Shown: in pieces, positions 54,134 to 64,000 of the stretch
Position numbering within the stretch: the stretch's first letter is position 1
Layout of the letters: each line of letters starts with the position of its first letter
NCBI RefSeq assembly: GCF_006345805.1
Contig: NC_042998.1
Span: forward strand, 192,386,001-192,450,000
DNA length: 64,000 bases
Direction: 5' to 3'
Source of the DNA: Octopus sinensis
Lineage: Eukaryota
The notes under the pieces: generated by a model
Told to the model about the DNA's origin: nothing
Database searches by the model: none
What the model saw: only the letters and a program-made list of their open reading frames with translations
Translations under genes and position numbers: made by a program

Positions 54134-54391
54134 CAATAGTCATTCGACTATTACGTGTGTTACGTTCCAAAACCCACCGCGATAGGTGAAAATCTGCAAA
54201 GTAGAAACAGTACTGTACTGTTTTTTTTTATTTTTATAATTTGTATATATTTATTTTATTATAAATGCAAAACAACACCACGGATGAATCGACTTAAGCT
54301 TAAATAATAAACCGCGATAGGTGAACCGTGGTAGGTGAACCGTGATAGGTGACCTGTGATAGGTGAGCTGCAATAAGGCGAGTGATTACTG
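54134..54391. mobile_element. Tigger/pogo-like MITE
   Basis: TA-flanked; ends CAATAGTCATTCG and CGAGTGATTACTG; homologous to 62722-63123. Confidence 0.7.
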
Positions 54392-55838
54392 TATTTTGCT
54401 AATGATTAACCTTTGGCTAATTGGATATTTTTAAAATATAGTATATTCTGTTTTATTTTTCTTTCACTTTTTCTTCTAGAAATACTGTTTTGAGAGAGAA
54501 TATGTCACAAAGAGAGTGGCATATATGGAATGGAGAGGAATCAGAGCTTGTTTCTTATTCAATATTCGACGTAAAATGCCTCCGTAACTTAAGAAATTGG
54601 ATTCATTTAAAGTAGTTCAACTTTTTAAAATACAAAACTAAATATCTCAAATATCAAATTAACTTACTTTATATCAGTGTCATAATTCGGCATTCATATT
54701 CCTATATGCCTACACATTTACATCATAATCTCTCGATGGCGGATAGTCCTTCCTTCCATCGTTATATTAGCGTTAACTAACTAATGTCTTGAATCAAATC
54801 AACACGCATGCAACAGCTGCCATTATTAAGATTCTGTTTTTTTACTACTTACGAACAAGCATGTAACGCAATTACCTTTTGACGTCAACAGACAAGCAAA
54901 AATATGAACCAGCATAATTGTAAATTAAACCTTTATATCGTATGATTTGAATGTAAAATGAAAAAAAAAAAACAGCTAACGCGTACATGATATCATTAAT
55001 GAAGGAACAATCATAAATTAACTTATAGAACGTATTTTCCTGTTTCTGATGTAAAAGCATCTTTTTTTTTTTTTTACAAAAATATAAAACTAATGTTTAT
55101 TTCACCATCCTGAACAATGTATGTATAAATGAAATTTCGTCTGATTGTGTGTCTCTAATTCAAACAGCAAACATGGTGAGACGCTATGGCATTCATTAAC
55201 TACATGAACTACAAATAACTACGAAGGCAAGAGCATCATAGATTTCCTGTTATATCCCATACCAAAGTCACTAAATCCATTGCTAATCAATATAGCCATC
55301 GGAAAACACTTATTCCCAAGCATGATTCAAATGGTTCCGTTCGATGTCGATGTGTTTAATGAAAAACGAATGTGACAGGTGACACTGCAGTGCATTTGGT
55401 GTTCTCCAGACAAAACAACGATCAGGAAATCAAAAATATTTCACAGTTTTATATCATTAAACTCAAAACTTTTAATTCTCAAGGTAAATTTGTATAGAAA
55501 ATATCTGTGACTACCTTCAGTGATTATATCAGTTATCTCCCTCTTTGTATGTTTGTTATCTCGCTCTTTCTCTCTTTCTCTCTTTGTATGTATGTATGTA
55601 TATAAAAAATTCTATGTGGCTGAAGATTGCTTTACATTTTTAAACTGATGTAATACATTGTTTAATAAAATGAAGTAGCATGAAACGATTGTACTACACT
55701 ACTTTAGATATCCTTGTTGCTTATTTTGATTATAATCACCCTCATTTGATTTATATGGATAATACCATACCAAATTCTGGGGCCTTTAACTTAAGTACCA
55801 TATTCATCTGAATCTAAATTTTGCTGAACTTATATATA

Positions 55839-55874
<36 letters not shown>

Positions 55875-55914
55875 TGTATAGAGAGAGAAAGACAGAGAGA
55901 CACAGAGAGAGGGG

Positions 55915-55963
<49 letters not shown>

Positions 55964-56204
55964 TAAATGTATGACAAAAGAACAGGAGTTATAAAATTAT
56001 TTTCATTAATTTGCAACAATCTCTGGAACAAGTGTGCATCCAGAGCTGAGTGCTCATGTAACATTTTATGCGCTTTCTCCTGCATATGTGTGTGTGTGTC
56101 TGAATGTATGCATATACAACACGCGCGCGCGCGCATGGGCCAGTAGAGCCAGATCGACCGATGACCTACTCTCATTTGTCACCCACTAGTGTAGTCTTGA
56201 CTTA

Positions 56205-57260
56205 GAGGAATTTGCTGAAAGCCATCATTTTGTCCTCGACATCAGCCATTCTTCCAAAATTATCTGGCATGCGGAAGCCCAATTGAAATTTCCTGCCAGT
56301 GGACACCACTCGTCTGTCATCTCTTAGATCGGTAGTTTCATATGAAGTTGCACTATGGCCGTGTGTATCGACAGACCTTGTTTTGTCTTTAATGCTCTCA
56401 ACTCTGGTGTATCCCAAGGTTCTGAATCTTATCCCACTTTTTTTTCTTACATAAAAAATGGTGATCGTTGTTAGATGTGGCGCCTAGTAATTGGCACCAT
56501 ATCTAACAAAGCTCACGCTTTCACAGAAGAGACTATCCTTCACTCTTTCCCAATATTCGCGAATAATGCATTATCCACTCGCAACCAAGAAACCAGACAC
56601 TACTCCATGAGCAATGACCTCGAAAGCATCCTTCAAAGGAAATATGCCAGCGTTGTTTCTTTCAATAAGGTGACAAAAGAACATCATCGTACCACACTTC
56701 ACTTAATCAAGAACATTACTCAGCTAAAGCTCCAACAGTTGTTCCATTTATCACTGAGGATCTATTCTAACGAAAACACATCATTAACATAGTAAATATT
56801 GAATCCTAACGACTGGCCCTCCGCAATTATTGACACTCTACAAGGCTTAAGTGAAGCCTTTAGTGGGGTATTGCTCTCACATCTTGGACAGAGCTACTGC
56901 ACACACAGAAATCCAAGAGTACAGCCAAAACATGTGCCGGCAACTGATTTACATGCTCCCGTGTTTGACCTACTGGTAAACAACCTCCTTTCTCTCTACT
57001 TTTTCTACCGCTGCTATACTAACCCCTGCTCCTTGATGTTCACTGTGCTCATGCCATTTCCACCCAGACATTTCTTTCCTTGTCGGCTCACCTCTTATTA
57101 ACTTTGTTTCGTACAACCGTTCCAGGACTTGCACTAATCACTACACCCGGTCCTTCATTCCCAGAGCGTTCCTCTGGGATTCCGTTCCAGCTGGGAACTT
57201 TACTGCAGATGATATGACTATTGAAAATTTAAGAGGAGAGTTAAGGGCATCAATTTCACC
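56205..57260 (+). pseudogene. Decayed CR1/Jockey-group LINE reverse transcriptase 3' half
   Basis: Relic motifs FVLDISHSSKIIWH (~LDISKAFDRVWH), NSGVSQGS (~GVPQGS), AHAFTEET (~FADD) and RSFIPRA.LWDSVP. Confidence 0.7.
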
Positions 57261-58583
57261 GATCTAGATAACGGGAGTCTGCCAGAACAAGTCACCTTGA
57301 TGGATTTATTGACCAGTTTCGCACACAAAATGTGATGAGGTATGCTAAATGGAGAAAAGAAGATCAGCAGTAATATTGCGGTGCATGTAATGAGGAATTA
57401 GAAGCAAAACAGTGAACAAATGTAGTAACGTAATCTGTTGGAGTATTACTTACAGAACTACGATTATTAACTTTATTAACTGTGTGGAAGCCATTTACGT
57501 GACACATAAGTGGTTTCCGCACGGTTAGTAAAATTCCATTTGGTAATAGTTCACCGTAATTCGAAAACAAGCTGAGCTTTCAGAACGCGTATTAAACAAC
57601 CAAAACTGTTTTCCTAAAATGTATGGAATATTATTATTAGCGTCTATCTAATAATAAAGTGGAATGGTTCATTGTAAGATTTGATCTAATTCCTAGAGGT
57701 ATAAGAGTAAATATTTCAAGTTTGGTTAACTGCGCTGTCTTCAAGCATGTACAGAACAGTAATAAATAACCTGAATATAATCATATAACCACTATGATAC
57801 AAACGAAACAATTAGCGAAAGTCATATAAATATATATAATTAAGAGAAAGAAGTAAATTAGATACAGACTTCGTTTCTATTGGTTACATGTTATTGATTC
57901 CATATTGGATGAAAAAAGAAATCAGTGATTTCACTAACACTATCGATTTTCTGTGTTACAGTCGGCTTACTTGCACGAAACTCAGATTCGTTCTACTAGC
58001 ATGTTGTGGTTGCTAAAAGATGCACATGCAATTTAATAACGAACTGTCTTTATTACGTCTACAGAAACAGCATTCGGTAATTTCACTCTCACTTCTATTT
58101 GGACCTATTCCATTGCTTTTTGTGTTCTTTCGAAATAGGAACTAGCGAGAGTTAGTCTAGAGAATAAGAAATACAATCAGGTTGAAATCTCCACTCACGA
58201 GGCCTGAATGTGAAAAGTAAGTTAACAAAATAACACACAAAACGAAAACAGTTATGAATAAGTTAGAAAATGGCACAGACTTTAATTGTTAAATGACTTT
58301 CGGCGAGAGTTTAATTAAATTATTTTTCCATCGAGTAAAAAGAAAAAGTAGGAGGCAAAGAAAATTGGAAGAAAAGGATCGAAACTTGAAGTAGGAAATG
58401 AAGCAATGGTGAATGCTTTACATAGCTCCTCTAATGGAAATTAGTTAAGAATAGAATTTAATAAAGATACTCTGCTTCATTTTTGCAAGATTTGCTTCTC
58501 ATCTAATTGAAAAGTGCTGCAAGAATAGATTTGTGACGCACAGAATGTGGTTGTTGTATATTTTGTGTTTGTTTTTGTTATAG

Positions 58584-58662
58584 AAAATGGTAGTAAGAGA
58601 GGAGAGGATGAGGTAGCGAAGCAGAAGTATGGTGACAAGAGGATAATTAGAATAAAATATTT
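58584..58662 (+). CDS. Weak candidate internal exon
   Basis: Strong acceptor TTTTGTGTTTGTTTTTGTTATAG and a GTAAGT donor at 58663. Only the phase-1 frame is open (ENGSKRGEDEVAKQKYGDKRIIRIKY), matching the 3285 donor phase. Confidence 0.25.
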
Positions 58663-59139
58663 GTAAGTCTTACACTCGCTATCAAAACAGCGAGAAACCA
58701 AGTGGATCGAAGTAAAGAGAATTGGGATGGAATTAGTTATTTCAAAATTTATCTTCTGATGGAAAATTAGGATTATACTGATTATACTGATTAAAATTAT
58801 CGTTCTCTATAACATCGCGTACGCATCCTTTTTAATCCGAGATATTCAGTTCTGAATAGTTATCGTTTCGACAGAGCAGAAGGTTAACCAGAATGTTAGA
58901 GAAAAGGCGGTTTTCGCTGATTCAGTGTGCTCTAAGATAAACAGCCGTTGCCCATGCGAGGTTTATATGTTGCTTATTTTGTAAGAAGGTACTTAATTTG
59001 TTGAATCGGCTACAGTATTTCACTTGTATTCATAAGTCTCAGAGTAAAGGAACCTAGAAGAAATTGAACTGGTGGAATTAGAATCGCTATACTGTTTGCA
59101 ATAACTTTTGAAAGCTTCTGTTATATACATACAGCCAAA

Positions 59140-59373
59140 GAAGGTGGCGAGCTGGTAGAGACGTTACCACGCCGGGCGAAGTGCTTCGCGTAATTTCGCC
59201 TGTCGCTACGTTGTGAGTTCAAATTCCGCCGAGGTCGACTTTGCCTTTCATCCTTTGGAGGTCGATAAATTAAGTACCAGTTACACACTGGGGTCGATGT
59301 AATCGACTTAATACCTATGTCTGTCCTTGTTTGTCCCCTCTGTGTTTAGTGCCTTGTGGGTAATAAAGAAACA
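59140..59373 (+). mobile_element. SINE family A monomer
   Basis: 18-bp TSD TATATACATACAGCCAAA (59122-39, 59374-91). Confidence 0.9.
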
Positions 59374-59775
59374 TATATACATACAGCCAAATGCACATAC
59401 GCATATACACAGGCATATAGGCGCACAGATACGTACACACCTACTCTAACCCTCTTCCTCGATGCACGAGCCCTAGCGAATTCTTTACCAAACTCTCACC
59501 ACTGAGATCAGTTCGGTAAAATTCTCAGCAGAAGTTATATACTACACCGACACAACTTACTCTAGGTAGTAACAAGCATGACATTTCACTTGAAACTGTC
59601 GACTGGGCAGTAGCAAATGTCGCCATAATTTGATAGTGTTTATCAGGTTAGCAGGATTGGATACTTGATATGGAACCAATGTCTCACTCATGCTGGCTGT
59701 CCATGGAACTTCCTTGCAAGTTGTGATAGACAACAAAATCGTTCTGATGCTTTTCATTATACGTCGATATATATA

Positions 59776-60200
59776 GGCGCATGAGTGGCTGTGTGGTAAG
59801 CAGCTTGCTAACCAACCACATGGTTCCGGGTTCAGTCCCACTGCGTGGCATCTTCGGCAAGTGTTTTCTGCTATAGCCCCGGGCCGACCAATGCTTTGTG
59901 AGTGGATTTGGTAGATGGAAACTGAAAGAAGCCTGTCGTATATATGTATATATATATATATGTATATATGTATGTGTGTGTGTGTTTGTGTGTCTGTGTT
60001 TGTCCCTCTAGCATTGCTTGACAACCGATGCTGGTGTGTTTACGTCCCCGTCACTTAGCGGTTCGGAAAAAGAGACCGATAGAATAAGTACAGGGCTTAC
60101 AAAGAATAAGTCCCGGGGTCGATTTGCTCGACTGAAGGCGGTGCTCCAGCATGGCCGCAGTCAAATGACTGAAACAAGTAAAAGAGTAAAAGAGTAAAGA
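59776..60200 (+). mobile_element. tRNA-derived SINE family B with an internal microsatellite and a (GAGTAAAA)n tail
   Basis: Head TGGCTGTGTGGTAAG...GGTTCAGTCCC, central (TA)/(GT) tract, tail CCAGCATGGCCGCAGTC. Homologous to 31533-31956 (-) and 18978-19345 (-). Confidence 0.85.
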
Positions 60201-60207
60201 GTATATA

Positions 60208-61097
60208 TGAGGTCTGATCAATAAGTATCAGGATTGTTGCTATAGTAACGAAGGTAAAGCACGCAGAGTGATGCCGCTTGGCAAACATTGATCTTGACAT
60301 CTCTTCTGTGCATGCGCACAAAGGTTTAACGTTCTGGCTCACTTCCGCTCTTTGCAGTAGTGATTCGAGGCAATGTGTGTAACGTGTGATCGTCGCATTG
60401 ACCATGACAGAGAAAGTGATCATGGCGATACCTGTCCAGAGGCCTACACAAAGTCGCAGAAAGTGTAAGGAGAGGAGTGTATGAGCTGAACACAAGTGTA
60501 CGAGTGATTCAGACGTTTCCAAGATAGCCGAAAAAATGTCGACTGTGACGAACGTTCTGGGAGACCTACAACCAGCAGAACTGAGATAAACATCGCAGAT
60601 ATGGGTGCAACTGTGAGGAGAAATCATCGAATCACCATCCCTGAGTGATCAGAGGATGTGCAGATTAGTTACAGTTCAGTTCAGTCCATTATCACTGAAG
60701 ATTTGGGTATGAGACCTGTGTCTGCTAAGTTTGTGCCAAAACTTCCACCCGACAAAAAAGACTCTCGGGTTTCAGTTACACAAGATCTCTTTGACTGTGC
60801 CGAGAACGATAAAAGCTTTTTGAAAAATTTGCGTAGGCCACTGAGCAGGTATCGCACATCTTTTGGCAAAATTTGATGCAGATTCTCTGTTCAACTTTGT
60901 ATTGTTCACTGCCACGGACGCACGCTGTACACGTTTTTTCAAAGCACTGCTGTAAACAGCGGGAGTGAGCTAGAACGATAAAACTTAGTACACATGCGCA
61001 GTCAGGTTTAAGGTCAATCTGTACCAAGTGGCTTTGCCCTGCATGCTTTAGCTTTGTTACTATGGCAACCGTCCGGATACTTATTGATCACACTATG
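60208..61097. mobile_element. Internally deleted mariner derivative with 5'-end-derived long inverted arms
   Basis: TA-flanked; TIR core TGATCAATAAGTATC at both ends. The plus arm encodes the N-terminal HTH relic (DERSGRPTTS, LGMRPVSAKFVPKL). The minus arm (~60830-61097) is a second 5' end encoding KVEQRICIKFCQK. Confidence 0.85.
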
Positions 61098-61157
61098 TAT
61101 ATATACATACACACACACACACATACACATATATATAGCATTTATCACCAATATATG

Positions 61158-61198
<41 letters not shown>

Positions 61199-61209
61199 TA
61201 TATATATAT

Positions 61210-61271
<62 letters not shown>

Positions 61272-61316
61272 TTATTTATTTCCTGTAATGTTGTGTTTTT
61301 TCTTATATGTCTTGCG

Positions 61317-61387
61317 TTTGTTGCACTGATGAGCATAGAATGCATATTCTGCATTGATTGCGAAATCACAGGTGATATGTAACTAAA
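61317..61387 (+). ncRNA. Type I hammerhead ribozyme, canonical core
   Basis: Read directly. Stem I GTTGCA(61320-25)/TGTAAC(61378-83), extendable with TTT/AAA. CTGATGA(61326-32). Stem II GCA...TGC with the G10.1-C11.1 pair and inner stem AATGCA/TGCATT. GAAA(61362-65). Stem III TCA-cagg-TGA. Cleavage triplet ATA, predicted cut after 61377. All conserved core nucleotides are present. Confidence 0.85.
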
Positions 61388-61510
61388 TTCTGTTTTTAAA
61401 TTACTTGCTTTGAAGTTTTGCATTCGGTACAATTTCATTATTTTAGTAGTTTTGACTACAAGAGTCCCTCCTAGCGTGCGGTACCTATGAATAATAGTAC
61501 CCTCTATATA

Positions 61511-61579
<69 letters not shown>

Positions 61580-61589
61580 GAGAGAGAGA

Positions 61590-61626
<37 letters not shown>

Positions 61627-62479
61627 ATCGCCAATTTAACGTGAGCATTCTCTGAGAACCGACAATACTGCTATTTTAACCCCAGGATGACATCTCCTCC
61701 AACTGGTTTATTCAGAGCACTCTCTCACTCCATATTCATTGCAAGCGGGAGAGAACTCCTGCCACCCTAGCTCTGAGATCAGCTTGTACATATGCGTATG
61801 TATACATGCATATGTATATATGCATATATATATATATATATATTATATATAATATATATATATATATATTATATATATAATATATATATATATATTATAT
61901 ATATTATATGATTGAACGCCACGCATCCTCTTCCAAGTAAGTTGTAACTTAATAATTTTGATGCACACCCTATACGATCTTTTTACTCATTCGTTTTGCT
62001 CGGTTTTTCTCTCTCTTATTCTTTTACCTCCTATTCTCCCACTATTCTATCCTATTACTCTGTCACTCTCAGTCCCTTACTCCTCCTCTCTAGCTCACGT
62101 GGCTCCCACGTGAGCATCAACCATCTTTCTTTCTCTCCGTTGTAGCTGTCCTAGTTTGATTTACGCGTTCGCCACCACAACATGTTTGTTTTCACTGTCC
62201 TCTTTGTGTTACTTTTTTTGACCCTCCGCAAAATCCCAAATTTTATTTAATTTGCTTTGCGGTAGCAACTGTTTTATCGAAAGCGTATATTGTTGTTAAA
62301 TGCTCGAAATACGAGACTAGAAAAACAGCCAACAACTGATGACGGGTCGTTCTTTATGTTGTTTGCTTTGTTTTCCATTTGTGGCTTTCGTTGTTTGAAA
62401 TAATAGTTTATGTTCTATATACTCGTGCTTCGTACTTTTTTGTTGTACATGTTTCATAACGTCCTGTGCCCACATATGC

Positions 62480-62533
<54 letters not shown>

Positions 62534-62559
62534 TATATATATACGTATAGATGTATATA

Positions 62560-62632
<73 letters not shown>

Positions 62633-62721
62633 GTATACATGTATATATGCATATATATAATATATTATATATATAATATATATATTATTTATATCATTTA
62701 TATTATCTATACACACACACA

Positions 62722-63121
62722 CAGTAATCCCTTGACTATCGTGGTTGTTACGCTCCAAAAGACCCTGCGATAGGGGAAAAATCCGCGGAGTAGAAACTGT
62801 ATTGTATATTCTTTTTTTTATTATTATTTTTGTAATTTGTATATATCTATTTTATGATAAATGAAAAACAACACCACACACTCACCTTCAAGTTTCGTTT
62901 TCTATACAGTATGTGCGATTCTTTGTACTCATCTACGGTACACTACGTATTTTCTTTTAATATATTCTAATTAATTTTAATATATTTAATTAATATATTT
63001 AATTATACAGTGCAACCACAGAAATATTTCAAATCTAAGAATATATAAATACTTATCGGCCGCAGAAACCCGCGATATACTGAGGGCGCGATAGGTAAAC
63101 CGCGATATGGTGAATGATTAC

Positions 63122-63123
<2 letters not shown>
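62722..63123. mobile_element. Tigger/pogo-like MITE
   Basis: Ends CAGTAATCCCTTGACTATCGTGG and CCGCGATATGGTGAATGATTACTG|TA. Confidence 0.75.
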
Positions 63124-63194
<71 letters not shown>

Positions 63195-63546
63195 TGTGTG
63201 TGTGTGTGTGTACGTGTGCGTGCGTGCGTGCGTGTATACATATATACATACATATATGCACATTCACATTCTCGTACTTGTTTTACGCGTTAGGTTATGG
63301 CCATGCTGGGGTACTGCTTTGATGGGTTGAAGTCGATTAAATCTCCCTCAGACTTCACTTTAAGTCTGGCGCTTCTACTTTTGCTCTTTTCTATCCTAAA
63401 GGCTTTGGTCGATTCGAAGCTTGAGGTGAAATGCCTGTCAGTGGGATCGCTCTCGGAATAAGGCACTTGCAGATCGACCTTCTTAACCATACTGTTATCC
63501 CAGCACCCACTGATGCGAGCAGATGTTGTTAACTACTATATATTAT

Positions 63547-63768
63547 CCGAGCTGGCAGAAACGTTAGCATGCCGGGCGAAATGCTTAGCGGTATTTTGTC
63601 TGCCGCTACATTCTGAGTTCAAATTCCGCCGAGGTCGACTTTGCCTTTCATCCTTTCGGGGTCGATAAATTAAGTACCAGTTCACTGGGATCGATGTAAT
63701 CGACTTAATCCGTTTGTCTGTCCTTGTTTGTCCCCTCTGTGTTTAGCTCCTTGTGGGTAGTAAAGAAA
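63547..63768 (+). mobile_element. SINE family A monomer
   Basis: Head and body; approximate TSD TATATATTAT(C/A)CGA. Confidence 0.88.
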
Positions 63769-64000
63769 TATATATATTATACGAACATCCTTAAAATCAT
63801 TATCATTAAGTTAATTATTGATTTCAAATTTTGGCACAAGGCCAACAATTTTGGGGAAGTGGGTAAGACGATTACAGTGATCAACTAGTACTTATTTTAT
63901 TGACCCCTAAAGGATGAAAGGTAAAGTTAACCTCGACAGAATTTGAACCCAGAACATCCTTAAAAATCATTATCATTAAGTTACTAATTGATTTCAAATT

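Noticed and set aside
62269-62328. Hammerhead-like layout CTGTTTT...AGCGT..ATGCT-C-GAAA...TAGAAAAACAG
   Set aside because: The CTGANGA core is not recognisable (TTATCGAA) and stem III is unpaired; at best a fossil, so not called.

Overview
Eukaryotic, AT-rich, repeat-dominated genomic DNA. The (TA)n/(CA)n/(TAA)n microsatellites and the SINE repertoire look like an octopod cephalopod; this is pattern recognition, not a database hit. There are no prokaryotic genes, CRISPR arrays, rRNA or intact tRNA genes. Almost all ORFs in the track are microsatellite or SINE artefacts. Supportable content: (i) about 25 tRNA-derived SINE copies, including a family that inserts as 1, 2 or 3 tandem ~184-bp units inside single 12-18-bp target-site duplications (TSDs); (ii) a 5'-truncated R4/Dong-type RLE retrotransposon in a (TAA)n tract; (iii) a TTAA-bounded 2.3-kb piggyBac fossil; (iv) hAT, mariner, RTE and CR1-like relics, two Helitron-like elements, several MITEs, and an LTR-plus-PBS remnant nested in a hAT fossil; (v) a candidate host exon at ~3.1-3.3 kb, with weaker candidates at 53-59 kb. 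The most notable signal is a set of sequence-unrelated short units, mostly in or beside TA-rich microsatellites, each carrying a type I hammerhead ribozyme fold. One is fully canonical (61317-61387), two are minimal variant-core forms (1099-1136, 29991-30026), and others are decayed. They most likely represent Penelope-like terminal repeats or retrozyme-like elements.
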